DNA of 64,000 nt from an uncultured delta proteobacterium (GCA_963755125.1 CAVWIP010000014.1:1-64000); one strand, 5' to 3'. Counted from the stretch's first letter, positions 8,944 through 19,212 are shown. Program-made: numbers and translations. Notes: generated from the letters alone by a model not told the origin.

Positions 8944-11900
8944 CTAGGACCTGGCCCCGTGGACCTCTTGGCTGATGTCCAGATAATCAAACGACAAGGC
9001 AAACGCCAGCAGATCATCGAGAGCGGCCTGGCCTTCCTCCTCGGCCACTGCGCGTCCAACTCGCGGCAGGTCAGCGCAAATCAGCAGCGACAGGCGTGAG
9101 GCCAGCCGGCCCAGACCCTTGCCCCAGGCTGTCAGGTTGATGGACCCGTACTTGCGCGCCAAGCGCTGGCTGCTCTCTGCTATGCGCGCACGCGAAAGTT
9201 CATCGAGAGCAGCGATGGCGTCGCGCGCGGATTCAAAGGCTGGTTCCTCGGAGCGCAGCGACCCGCGGGCCGTCGCGAGCGCAGCCATGAGATAGGGACG
9301 CAACTGACCACCCGAGCGCACCGAGCCGGCGAGGCGTCCCGTGGTGGCCAGCGCCAGGGCGCGACTCAACCTGAAGCCGAGTTCCAAGGAGTCGGCGCTC
9401 TTGAGAAGCGTCGAACCGCACAGAAGGGCGGGCGGTTGCAGGTGGGCCATGCGTGCGTCACCCATGAGAGTCGGGTGGCGCAGCACGCGGGGCTCCCTTA
9501 TCTGCAAGAGGTCGCAAAGGTAGCGCAGCATGGGATTGAACAGCGCCGGCTGCTGGCTGGATGGAACCGGAGCTTCGCCATCGAGTCCCACCTCTGCAAT
9601 CGTGACGGGTGGAAGCACCCCGGAATCCACCAAAAGCGCGATCACAGATTCAACGTCGGCAAACTCGGGACTGTAGCCGAGGCGTCCGGGCCAGTCGGCG
9701 GGGAGTTTGCCCGAGATCCGATGCAAGACCGGGGGACGGCTTTGGTTGGCCAGCTTCGCAATCCTGTCATCACCCAATCCGCGCAGTTGCATGGCCGCTG
9801 CTGCGATTCCCGCCGCGTCCTTCCGTCCCTGTTCCAGAAACAACTCCACCAGGCGTTCCCCGGCACCGCCGTCTTCGGGATGGAGTTGCCATTCCGCCGC
9901 GATGGCACGCGCCGTCTCACGCCAGCGCGTGGGATCCTCCGCGTTCATCTCGGCCGATTTCTTCAGGATTTCGATGTCGTCCGGCGCCAGACGCGCGGCC
10001 ATGTCGTAGGCAATGCGCGCGGAAAGCTGATCGGCCAGTTGGTTCTCGTAGACATTGGCCAGTTCGCACCACAGCCGTCGCCGCAAGGGCTGGGCACGAT
10101 CGCCAAGCGCGCCGACGAGCTTGCGCATGAAACCTTCCGCGCCCTTGGGGTCGTTGAGTCGCTGATAGGCCTGCAGCAGCAGCTCGACGATCTCAGGCTG
10201 GATCGGCTCCAGTTCCAGGCTGCGCTCCAGGTGTTTGCGGGCTGTCGCGGCGTCGTTCTCGGTGGCAGCGAGTCTGCCGAGCATGGCGTGCGCCTCGGGC
10301 AGATCGGGGTCGAGTGCGAGGGCGTGATTGAGGGTGTTGCGGGCTGCACCGGCCCACTGCTGACCGAAGGCGACGAACTGGGCCCAACCCAAGTACGCGT
10401 GGTACAGCGCCTGATCGGATCGGGCGCGGACCGCGGCCTCGAACTTGGGCAGCGACTCGGCGACCTTGTCAGCGTTGAACAGACGCAGGGCCTCACCGAA
10501 AGCCAGCTCGGCGCCCAGCGGATCCGCCTCGGCCGACAGGGTCGAGGCCAGGGTCCTGTCGTAGTTCTGTCGCAATTGCGGATTGGCGAGAATTCTGGCC
10601 GCCCGGTCGAGGGCAGCGCGCACTGATTCGACTTTGGCGTGATCAGCGGCGCTGAGCTGGATCCCGGCCAGCGCACTGGGCGAGAATTGTGCGGACTTGG
10701 CTGCACAGGCTGCCACGACCTCCTCGGTCGGGGCAGCGCAGGACACGCCCAGTGCTTCGTACAGCGGTTTGCCCTGGATGGTCAGGTAGGTGCGCAGGAT
10801 GGTCTGGCGCAGAGCCTCGCCGGGCGGGTCGCGACTGGGCGGAGGGGAGCCCGCCTCGATACCTTCGTTCTCGAGGGTCGGGCTGGTTGCACGCAAGGAG
10901 ACATCCATGGCACCGGAGTCCTGCTCGTCCGCCACCTGGGAGAAACCATCTTGGTCCTCTGGCGAGGGCGTTGCGGTACGTGGCACTGGACTGAACAGCT
11001 CGTCGGGGGATTCCGTACGGATGGCGTCGATGCGGCTGCCGATCTCGGCCCCTAGCTTCTCCAATGAGAGCGAGGATTGCCACGCGTTGGGCACGGGAGT
11101 CTTGTCAGGCTCTTGCGCCGGGTCGGTCAGTTCGGCGAGACCGGTTTCCAGCAGCGTGTCGATGGCGGTGATGACCAGATGGGAGTCGTCACGCAGCGCA
11201 AGCGAACCAATGCTGGCCCCGGCGGCCAGAACACGCGTGATGTCGGCCCCGAACACCGCCTCAAAACCCGCGCGATGGTGGTCAAACCGACGGGTCAGTC
11301 GGACTTCGCTGGCACCGTTCTGATCAAAGCGGCTGATGAGCTTGTCGGGGGTGGCGCTGCGGAGCAGGCCCATGAAGATGATGCGCTCGACCTCCAGGTC
11401 GTGCTCGATGATCCGGTCGCCAAAGTTGTCGCCGGGCACGAAGCTCCAGTTTCCTTCCTCCCAGCGCAGACAGTCGGTGACTCGCTTGCGGGCCTGCGCG
11501 GCCAGACACTGCAGCACATCTTCAGGTGAGAGCCAACCGAGCTCGATGAGCACGGCTCCCATTTTGTGGCCGCGGGCCTTGGTCTCTGCTAGCAAATAGG
11601 TGAGCTGCCGCTCGTCGATGATTCCTTTTGCACAGAGGAGTGTTCCCAGGGCCTCCTGGCGCAGATTCGAGTCGGCGCCGACGACCTTGCCGTCACGCAA
11701 GTAGATTTCCTTGCGCATCTTGCCGCGGGTCAGGGCGAGCGTACCGGTCTGCGAACCGTCGGTCAGGTCAAAGAGCAGCTTGGGAACGCCTCGCTCGGCC
11801 AGGGATCCCGAGAGCGTCGCCGAGGCGCGCGAAGAAGCGCCAGCCGGGAAGAAGCGCAATGTCCCCGATGCATCTGGCGCGGCTGTCGGGGGTGGTGTCG

Positions 11901-12489
11901 TGCCAGTCGGCACGATGGGGCCGGGCGTGATTGTGCGCCCAGGACTAGTTCCGACGGGGCGAGTTGGCCCTGGTGTCGTTGCTCGGAACCCCGTGGCGAC
12001 CGGCCGCGGGGTGTTCATCGCTCGGCCTTCGCCCATCGGCGGAGGAGTCGCAGTCCGTGGTTGATGCGTAGCATTTCCCGTCGAGGCCGTGGCTCGCCCC
12101 GGCGCTCCCAGACAAGCCAGCACCGCCTCCCCGATCTCAGCCTGGGAAAACGGCTTCGACAGGAAAGCCGCGCGCACGTCCCGGTCAAGACTGACCGCCA
12201 GGGATGGATCCTTGTAGATGCCGGATATGACGACGAGACCGACGTCCTTTCCGAAAGGAGCTTCGCGCACGGCCCTACAGAAAGCGAACCCGTCCATTCC
12301 GGCCATGATGAGGTCAGTGATGATCACCTGCGGGCGCTCGTTCACGAACATGGCGAGGCCTTGCTCGCCGCTCGCCGCCTGCACCACCCGCGGTCCCAGA
12401 GGCCGCAGCCTGGCATCATCGAGGATGGCCCGTTCCATGGCACTTCGAGCCATCGGGTCATCGTCGACGAGCAGGACCGTGAATGCCAT
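8944..12489 (-). CDS. Multidomain response regulator: receiver, Pro/Thr linker, DUF4388-like, degenerate J-like and TPR domains
   Basis: VLLVDDD...IITDLIM...FLSKP receiver; GSLAERGVPKLL...TGTLALTRG DUF4388-like; YEALGVS J-like; several TPR helices. Confidence 0.8.
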   Translation of the reverse strand: MAFTVLLVDDDPMARSAMERAILDDARLRPLGPRVVQAASGEQGLAMFVNERPQVIITDLIMAGMDGFAFCRAVREAPFGKDVGLVVISGIYKDPSLAVSLDRDVRAAFLSKPFSQAEIGEAVLACLGAPGRATASTGNATHQPRTATPPPMGEGRAMNTPRPVATGFRATTPGPTRPVGTSPGRTITPGPIVPTGTTPPPTAAPDASGTLRFFPAGASSRASATLSGSLAERGVPKLLFDLTDGSQTGTLALTRGKMRKEIYLRDGKVVGADSNLRQEALGTLLCAKGIIDERQLTYLLAETKARGHKMGAVLIELGWLSPEDVLQCLAAQARKRVTDCLRWEEGNWSFVPGDNFGDRIIEHDLEVERIIFMGLLRSATPDKLISRFDQNGASEVRLTRRFDHHRAGFEAVFGADITRVLAAGASIGSLALRDDSHLVITAIDTLLETGLAELTDPAQEPDKTPVPNAWQSSLSLEKLGAEIGSRIDAIRTESPDELFSPVPRTATPSPEDQDGFSQVADEQDSGAMDVSLRATSPTLENEGIEAGSPPPSRDPPGEALRQTILRTYLTIQGKPLYEALGVSCAAPTEEVVAACAAKSAQFSPSALAGIQLSAADHAKVESVRAALDRAARILANPQLRQNYDRTLASTLSAEADPLGAELAFGEALRLFNADKVAESLPKFEAAVRARSDQALYHAYLGWAQFVAFGQQWAGAARNTLNHALALDPDLPEAHAMLGRLAATENDAATARKHLERSLELEPIQPEIVELLLQAYQRLNDPKGAEGFMRKLVGALGDRAQPLRRRLWCELANVYENQLADQLSARIAYDMAARLAPDDIEILKKSAEMNAEDPTRWRETARAIAAEWQLHPEDGGAGERLVELFLEQGRKDAAGIAAAAMQLRGLGDDRIAKLANQSRPPVLHRISGKLPADWPGRLGYSPEFADVESVIALLVDSGVLPPVTIAEVGLDGEAPVPSSQQPALFNPMLRYLCDLLQIREPRVLRHPTLMGDARMAHLQPPALLCGSTLLKSADSLELGFRLSRALALATTGRLAGSVRSGGQLRPYLMAALATARGSLRSEEPAFESARDAIAALDELSRARIAESSQRLARKYGSINLTAWGKGLGRLASRLSLLICADLPRVGRAVAEEEGQAALDDLLAFALSFDYLDISQEVHGARS

Positions 12490-12553
12490 GGCCTCCCAAA
12501 TCCGTTGGCTGGCGTCCTGGCCCGGGCGGCCAGGTACACGAGCCTGGGTAACC

Positions 12554-13324
12554 TTACTTGTTGCTTTTTCCCGTTGTCAGCACGCTGGGAATCTTCGACT
12601 CATCCTGGGTGACCTGGGCCGGCAGGGCAGCTTTGGCTTCAGGGGCCGCCGCGAGACCCATCTTGGCCTTCAACTCGGCCAGCGCCGAGTCCGTGCCGGC
12701 GCTGCCCGACTCGAGGGCCTTGAATTTCTGCTGCAAGCTGTCTCCCGTCATCTCGTTGCCCAACTCCACCGAGGCGTCGGCCTCGGCCTCGATCTGGTCC
12801 ACCTTCTGCGCCATCCGCTCGAAGGTGTCGAAGGCACTGGTGTCGGAAATGCCTTGCATGGTGTCCTGGATGGCTTTCTGTGCTTCGGCGCGCTTCTGGC
12901 GCGCGATGAGGATGTTCTTCTTCCGCTTGGCCTCCTCGATCTTGTCGTTGAGCGTGCGCAGCTGCTCCTTGAGCTTCTCCACCGCGTCTTTCTGTAGCTG
13001 TGTCTGCTTGGTGAACTCCATCCCCTGTGCCTCGTGCTCGCCCTTGCGCTTGAGCGCCTCGCGCGCGAGGTTGTCGTCGCCGGCACGCACCGCCAGCATG
13101 GCCTTGCGTTCCCATTCCTGGGCCAACTCGGTCTGCTCATCGCGCTGCTTCTCCAGTCGCTTCTGGTCCGCGATGGAAACCGCCACCTGCTTCTTCGCCT
13201 CGACAAGCTGGCTCTGCATGTCGGTGACGAGCTGGTTCAGCATCTTCTGCGGATCTTCCGCCTTGGAGATGAGATCGTTGAGGTTCGACTTGAGGAGAGT
13301 TCCGAGCCGCGAGAAAATTCCCAT
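12554..13324 (-). CDS. pspA: PspA/IM30 family protein
   Basis: MGIFSRLGTLLKSNLNDLISKAEDPQKML...WERKAMLAVRAGDDNLAREAL...FERMAQKV. Confidence 0.95.
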   Translation of the reverse strand: MGIFSRLGTLLKSNLNDLISKAEDPQKMLNQLVTDMQSQLVEAKKQVAVSIADQKRLEKQRDEQTELAQEWERKAMLAVRAGDDNLAREALKRKGEHEAQGMEFTKQTQLQKDAVEKLKEQLRTLNDKIEEAKRKKNILIARQKRAEAQKAIQDTMQGISDTSAFDTFERMAQKVDQIEAEADASVELGNEMTGDSLQQKFKALESGSAGTDSALAELKAKMGLAAAPEAKAALPAQVTQDESKIPSVLTTGKSNK

Positions 13325-13360
13325 GACTAATTCTTCCTTGCTGGGCGCTTGCTCTAGGGT

Positions 13361-13744
13361 TCAGGCCGCCGAGCGAAATTTCGACAGCGTGGGATAGTGC
13401 TTGCTGATAGCCATTCCCATATCGTCCACCACCGCCTGGAGCTCATTGAAGTCCAGATTCTCCAAGGGCAATGAATCGGTGAGCACAACCGCGTTGCCGT
13501 CGACGCCAAATGTGGCGTAGACCATCTCCCTGGCGTTGAGCCTGAGCAGGGTTTCGAAGAGGGCTTCCCGCCCGCCCGGGGGCAGGTCCATCACCTTGAG
13601 TCGGAACACCACGACGGGGCCTGCCAAGGAGACCAGGAGGTTGTCGAAGCCGTTGTCTTTGATGCGCCAGACATCGTGGCCCATGTCCTCGTGGGTGAGG
13701 CCAAGCCTGAGCAGGTAAGACTCGATATCTTCACGCGTTTTCAT
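13361..13744 (-). CDS. YbjN/CesT-type chaperone-like protein
   Basis: LFETLLRLNAREMVYATFGVDGNAVVLTDSLPLENLDFNEL motif; immediately upstream of pspA. Confidence 0.75.
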   Translation of the reverse strand: MKTREDIESYLLRLGLTHEDMGHDVWRIKDNGFDNLLVSLAGPVVVFRLKVMDLPPGGREALFETLLRLNAREMVYATFGVDGNAVVLTDSLPLENLDFNELQAVVDDMGMAISKHYPTLSKFRSAA

Positions 13745-13906
13745 GGCAATCACCTTTCCTGTAGCCTGGGTCAAGCCCCGAGCTTGCGAGAGGATTACTT
13801 GCCGAAGGGTAGACGATTCCGGGGCAGCCTACAAACCCCTTTTCTTACCGCGGACTTGCCCGGGGAAGTTGAAGCAAGCCCGTTCCTGTGGTACCCGGAA
13901 TCGTCT

Positions 13907-14644
13907 ATGCCTATCGATCCTGCTGGCCTGCCGCGCCACGTTGCAATCATCATGGACGGAAATGGCCGGTGGGCGCAGGAAAAGGGGCTGCCGCGCATCG
14001 AAGGCCACCGTCGAGGAGCGAACGCAGTCCACGAGGTGGTGCGAACCGCGCGCGAGATCGGCGTCAAGGCTCTGACCCTGTACGCGTTCTCGGCGCAGAA
14101 CTGGCTTCGTCCACCCGAGGAAGTCACCATGCTGATGCGGCTTCTGCGTGAGTACGTCATCGCGGAGCGCGCCGAGATCATGGACAACGCCATCCGGCTG
14201 GTCACCATCGGCGACCTGAACCGGCTGCCGGGCTTGGTGCGCGAGCCGCTCGATGGTTTGGTCTGCGAGTCGGCCGGCAACCAGGCCATGACTCTGTGCT
14301 TGGCGCTCTCGTACGGTGGCCGCGAATCCATCGTCGCCACCACCCGCACCCTGTGCGAGTCGGTCAAGCGTGGCGAGCTGTCGCCCGGCGATGTCACGGA
14401 GGACTGCTTCCAGTCGGCCATGCAGACCGCTGACCTGCCCCAGCTTGACCTGCTGATTCGCACCTCGGGGGAGGTGCGGCTGTCGAACTTCTTGCTGTGG
14501 GAATCGGCCTACGCGGAACTCTACTTCACCGAAACCTACTGGCCCGAGTTTGGTCGCGACGAGTTCGTGCGTGCCCTCGAATCGTATCAAGGACGCGAGC
14601 GCCGCTTCGGCCGCACGCGAGAACAGCTTCGGCGTCTGGGATAG
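13907..14644 (+). CDS. uppS: Undecaprenyl diphosphate synthase (isoprenyl transferase)
   Basis: PRHVAIIMDGNGRWA, LYAFSAQNW, DLLIRTSGEVRLSNFLLW, RERRFG. Confidence 0.97.
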   Translation: MPIDPAGLPRHVAIIMDGNGRWAQEKGLPRIEGHRRGANAVHEVVRTAREIGVKALTLYAFSAQNWLRPPEEVTMLMRLLREYVIAERAEIMDNAIRLVTIGDLNRLPGLVREPLDGLVCESAGNQAMTLCLALSYGGRESIVATTRTLCESVKRGELSPGDVTEDCFQSAMQTADLPQLDLLIRTSGEVRLSNFLLWESAYAELYFTETYWPEFGRDEFVRALESYQGRERRFGRTREQLRRLG

Positions 14645-14654
14645 GGTTCAGGTT

Positions 14655-15464
14655 GTGAAGCCGGACCAGAAGAACCTGCTCGTCCGGATCGCATCGGCGG
14701 TGGTGGCCCTGCCCGTCGTCGGCCTGCTTGTGTTCTGGCGCCAGCCGCTCGGCATGGCGGCCCTGTGTTTTGTGGTGGCGGTCCAGGGTCTACGCGAGTA
14801 CACGTCCATGACCATGGCCGGTCGACCAGCGTCCGAGCGCACGGGCGTCGTGCTGGTTGGCGCGGGCTTGTACTTGGGGCTCTGTTTCCGGCCTGAGATA
14901 GGCACGCTGTGGTTCCTGGCCGCCATCCTAGCCGTGTCCACATTGATTTTGGCGCGAGCAGTCGATATTCCGGCCGCAAGTTCTCGGCTCTTCGCCGCGG
15001 AATTCGGCGTGTTCTACATCGGGGGACTGCTTGCTGCCCTGCCGCTCCTGCACCGCAGTTCAGGGTCGGGTTGGGTCGCGTTGGCGATCGCGGTGACTTT
15101 CGCCAACGATACCGGCGCCTACTTTGTTGGCCGCGCGTTTGGGCGGCACAAGATGGCACCGACCCTTTCGCCAGGAAAGACTGTCGAAGGTCTACTGGGT
15201 GGACTGGCAGCCGGTCTCACTGTGACATTCGTGACAGGGTGGGTCTTCATGCCGTCGCTGTCCATCGCGGATCGCCTGGCGATCGGTCTTGTTTCGGGCG
15301 TGGTCGGGCCGGCGGGCGATCTGGTCGAGTCGCTCATCAAGCGCGCGGCGGGTGCCAAAGACTCTGGGCGGTCCATCCCCGGCCACGGCGGCGTCCTCGA
15401 TCGTATTGATGCGCTTTTGTTCGTGGGCGCCTACGTTTACCTGCACGTCAACCTATTCCACTGA
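14655..15464 (+). CDS. cdsA: Phosphatidate cytidylyltransferase
   Basis: NDTGAYFVGRAFG, SPGKTVEG, GDLVESLIKR, KDSG..IPGHGGVLDRID; follows uppS. Confidence 0.96.
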   Translation: MKPDQKNLLVRIASAVVALPVVGLLVFWRQPLGMAALCFVVAVQGLREYTSMTMAGRPASERTGVVLVGAGLYLGLCFRPEIGTLWFLAAILAVSTLILARAVDIPAASSRLFAAEFGVFYIGGLLAALPLLHRSSGSGWVALAIAVTFANDTGAYFVGRAFGRHKMAPTLSPGKTVEGLLGGLAAGLTVTFVTGWVFMPSLSIADRLAIGLVSGVVGPAGDLVESLIKRAAGAKDSGRSIPGHGGVLDRIDALLFVGAYVYLHVNLFH

Positions 15465-15477
15465 TGAGCGACTTCAA

Positions 15478-15605
15478 GATGGGAACCCTGGGAGGGTTCG
15501 CTCCGCCCTTCGGCCCCCCACCCGCCTCCTCCCCCCCGCTCGCTGCGCTCGGCCTCACCAAACCCTCCCGCGATGGTACGCCGCCGGCGAAGCCGGCGGG
15601 CTCCC
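15478..15605. repeat. REP-like palindromic intergenic element, copy 1
   Basis: 15562-15605 matches the reverse complement of 57605-57648 at 42/44 nt; the gatgggaaccct...agggttc motif is also shared. Confidence 0.8.
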
Positions 15606-15987
15606 CACGCGCCCCACGCCCCAATACGGCAAAGCCCCCGTGGTTGTCCACGAGGGCTGCCAGAATCCTAAGCGAGGCTGGTTAAGCTTGGCTAGATATG
15701 CTAAGCGGTTGAGGAATCTCAACCGCAAGTACAGGTCACACCGGCTTACGCCGGTGTGTTGGGAGGAGGAGCAACTCTCGGAGTCTGTGCCGCCGGTCGT
15801 TGCCTATGGAGGATGGCTAGCAACGCTCGTGCCGGCTCGGACAAGAAGCCCTTCTCGACCCGGAACTATTTGAATTTTTGAGGTTTTCATGCTACACGCG
15901 ATACGACGACGAGACACCGATGGTCTGATTCCCCTGACATTGACGTCAGGGTTGTCGAATCCGGATGGCGGTTTTTCACACTCCTAA

Positions 15988-17937
15988 ATGACTGACAGCT
16001 TCCTGGTCATCAACGCGGACGGACCCGAGACTCGCGTTGCCTTGGTTGAGGACGGCCTGCTGGCCGAGCTCTATATCGAGCGCAAGAAGGAACGGGGCAT
16101 CGCCGGGAACATCTACAAAGGCCGAGTGGATCGAGTCCTGCCGGGGATGCAGGCGGCTTTCGTCAACATCGGTCTGGAGAAGTCCGCCTATCTTCACGTC
16201 TCCGACGTGCGCGGGACGCCGGACGATCTTCGCCGCTTGGTTTCATCTGGTGAGGGACAAGGCCGGGGTGCGGCCCAGGACGACGATGAAGACAACGAGC
16301 CATCCGCTCCGCCGGGCGGCGCACGCATCGAGGATCTGCTGAGAGAAGGACAGGAGATCGTCGTTCAGGTGACCAAGGAGCCCATCAGCACGAAGGGTGC
16401 CCGCGCGACCCGCTACATCTCGTTGCCGGGCCGGCACCTCGTGTTCATGCCCACGGTGGAACACGTGGGAATCTCGCGGCGCATTTCCTCGGACAAGGAG
16501 CGGCGGCGCCTGCGCGAGATCATCGATCAAATGCGGCCGCCGGGGACGGGCTTCATCGTGCGCACCGTTGCGGAAAACGTGCCCGAGAAGGATCTCCGCG
16601 CGGACATGGATTTCCTCATCAAGCTGTGGAACGAGATTGTTCGCCGTACCGGGAACAGTCGCTGTCCCGCGCTCATCTACAACGATCTCGATCTCCTGCT
16701 GCGCACGGTGCGCGACATGTTCACGCCCGAGGTGGCCAAGCTGATCATCGATTCCCGCGCCGAATACGACAAGATCAAGAAGTTTATCGCGGCGTTCATG
16801 CCGGATTTCACCGGCCAGATCGATCTTTACGATGGCCCGGAGCCCATCTTCGACGGCTACGGCATCGAGATCGAGATCGACCGAGCGCTGGAGCGCAAGG
16901 TGTGGCTCAAGTCGGGCGGCTATCTCATCGTCGACGAGATGGAGGCCTTGACGGCCATCGACGTCAACACTGGCCGCTTCGTGGGCAAGAAGAATTTGGA
17001 AGACACCATCACCCAGACCAATCTGGAAGCCTGTCGCGAGGTTGCCGAGCAACTCCGCATCCGCTCCCTGGGCGGCATGATCGTGGTCGACTTCATCGAC
17101 ATGGACCGTGCGTCCAACCGCGACCGGGTCACGCGCGCCTTCAACGATCATTTGCGTCGTGACCGATCGAAGGCAGCAGTCACGCGCATCTCCGAGCTGG
17201 GTTTAATCGAGATGACCCGCAAGCGAACGCGGGAGTCACTGTTGCACGCCCTGACCGAGCCCTGCGAACACTGCGAGGGCAAGGGCTACACCAAGTCGCG
17301 GCGAACCGTGGCCTACGAGCTTCTGCGCGAGCTCCGGCGGCAAGGCAACCTGATCGAGGGGGACACGGTGCTCATCGAAGTGCACCCGGACGTCGCGCAG
17401 GTGCTGGCCACCACGGACCACGCATACCTGGAGGACATGGAGAAGCGACTGCAGAAGCGCATCATCGTCAAGGCGCGCGGCTCGTTCGCGCTTGAGGACT
17501 TCGAATTGCGTTCCCCCAGCCAGAAGACGCCGCTTGATCGATCAGATGCGGATCACGACGGCGATCGCGCTGATCGACGGCGCCGCCGCCGCAAGAAGCT
17601 CGGCCCGCCGGCCGAGGTCGAGGCCATGCTGGAAGAGGAAGAACGCAGCAGCGCGGCCAACCGCGATGAAACCCAAGAGGAACGTACGCCGGAGCCCCGA
17701 CGGGAAGAGCGCGGGGGAGAGCGTCGAGGCGTGGATGCGGAGGCAGCCGCAGGCAATGTTGTGCCTGATTCCGCGGACACCGGCAGCCAACCCGCAACAG
17801 CCGACGGCTCAGTCTGCGCCGAGTCGCCACGAGTTGCGTCGGCAGGCTGTTCGGGCAGCCTTTCGCCGTCTGAGACTCCCCAGGTTGCGCCCGAGACGCA
17901 GGCGGGTTCCGTGATCACAAGCGAACCCAAGCCGTAG
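15988..17937 (+). CDS. rng: Rne/Rng family ribonuclease (RNase G-like) with disordered C-terminal tail
   Basis: GNIYKGRVDRVLPGMQAAFVNIG S1 domain, AIDVNTGRF, IVVDFIDM, EMTRKR, CEHCEG Zn-link. Confidence 0.93.
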   Translation: MTDSFLVINADGPETRVALVEDGLLAELYIERKKERGIAGNIYKGRVDRVLPGMQAAFVNIGLEKSAYLHVSDVRGTPDDLRRLVSSGEGQGRGAAQDDDEDNEPSAPPGGARIEDLLREGQEIVVQVTKEPISTKGARATRYISLPGRHLVFMPTVEHVGISRRISSDKERRRLREIIDQMRPPGTGFIVRTVAENVPEKDLRADMDFLIKLWNEIVRRTGNSRCPALIYNDLDLLLRTVRDMFTPEVAKLIIDSRAEYDKIKKFIAAFMPDFTGQIDLYDGPEPIFDGYGIEIEIDRALERKVWLKSGGYLIVDEMEALTAIDVNTGRFVGKKNLEDTITQTNLEACREVAEQLRIRSLGGMIVVDFIDMDRASNRDRVTRAFNDHLRRDRSKAAVTRISELGLIEMTRKRTRESLLHALTEPCEHCEGKGYTKSRRTVAYELLRELRRQGNLIEGDTVLIEVHPDVAQVLATTDHAYLEDMEKRLQKRIIVKARGSFALEDFELRSPSQKTPLDRSDADHDGDRADRRRRRRKKLGPPAEVEAMLEEEERSSAANRDETQEERTPEPRREERGGERRGVDAEAAAGNVVPDSADTGSQPATADGSVCAESPRVASAGCSGSLSPSETPQVAPETQAGSVITSEPKP

Positions 17938-18144
17938 GGATGAGCGCCGCCACGTCGGCTGGACGATGGTGGTGCAATTGCCTCGCAATGTGGGTAGAAG
18001 TCACACTTTTACTGATAGGTAGTTATCAACAGGAAAAGTCAAGTAACTTCAAAGTGATAGAATTTTGATCAACAGCTTGCAGATTGTTACGATCGCGGAA
18101 TCGAAAGTGAAGACAGAACCTTCTGCGATGCGACGAGGACATGC

Positions 18145-19071
18145 GTGAGAGATATGCTCTCTGACATGGGAACCCAGAGAGAGTTCCCAAAGGCTTCGGA
18201 TCCCCACGCGGCTAGAGGCGACAGCCCCAATCCCAGGGGCACTGAGTTGGTGTTGGTGGATCCGCGGCAGTTGACCTTTCGCTTTGCCGATGCAGACAAC
18301 CACGAGGTCGTTTCTTCGGTCCCGATCTCGCGTTGGGCTGCGCGATCGCGGAACCCTGGCCGGGTCGTCAGGCTACCCACCGGCGGCCGCCCCTTGGAGG
18401 AGATTCGGCTGGAGCAGGCCGTAGCTGCCTATCTGCCACCGGGCCATGGTCTCCGCCTCACGCTGACCAACAACCGCCACAACATCGTGGCTGTGCGACG
18501 CGAGCCTGCAGTCTACGTGGTCAGGATTCACCGCATATTTTCCGGTGCCGAGCCTCGGCTGGTGCGGTCCCTTGCGCGCTATGTGGTGCACAACGATCGG
18601 CGCGCATCGCGAGTTCTTGGGGAGTTCATCGAGCGTCACGAGCACATCATCACTCAGGCGCCACGCCGGCCACGCCTGGTTAAACTGCGAGCGGCTGGAC
18701 GCGTTCACGACCTGCAGGACATCTTCGATCGACTGAACCGGCGGTATTTCGACGGGACGTTGCAGGCGCAGATCACCTGGGGGCCGGCGGTCTTGCGAGC
18801 GCAACAGCGGTCCATCAAGATGGGCAGCTTCTCGGTCGAGGACCGTATCATCCGCGTGCACCCCGTGCTGGACCGTGCCGACGTGCCGCTCTTCTTCGTC
18901 GAGTGGATTGTGTTTCACGAGATGCTGCATGGAAGGCACGAGATTCGTAGGAGCAGGGGCAGACGCTGCTTCCATCCGCCTGAGTTCCTCGCCCAGGAAC
19001 GCGAGTTTGTCGACTACGAGCGTGCCTCTGCCTGGGAGAAGGAGAACGTCGATCGCCTGTTTCGACGCTAG
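18145..19071 (+). CDS. Zinc metallopeptidase, SprT-like/YgjP-like (HExxH)
   Basis: FDRLNRRYFDG, IKMGSF, IRVHPVLD, IVFHEMLH...H..EF; start uncertain. Confidence 0.75.
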   Translation: MRDMLSDMGTQREFPKASDPHAARGDSPNPRGTELVLVDPRQLTFRFADADNHEVVSSVPISRWAARSRNPGRVVRLPTGGRPLEEIRLEQAVAAYLPPGHGLRLTLTNNRHNIVAVRREPAVYVVRIHRIFSGAEPRLVRSLARYVVHNDRRASRVLGEFIERHEHIITQAPRRPRLVKLRAAGRVHDLQDIFDRLNRRYFDGTLQAQITWGPAVLRAQQRSIKMGSFSVEDRIIRVHPVLDRADVPLFFVEWIVFHEMLHGRHEIRRSRGRRCFHPPEFLAQEREFVDYERASAWEKENVDRLFRR

Positions 19072-19212
19072 TATCTATCCCTGTCATCTTGGCAGGCCGG
19101 CGGTCCATTTCTGGCCAGAGAGTCGCGGGTGGGTCCGGGCGCGACAAACGACGAGCCCGGTCATGGGGCTTTTCTGCTGGAACGATTGATGCTAGTTCCT
19201 TGCAAGAAACGA

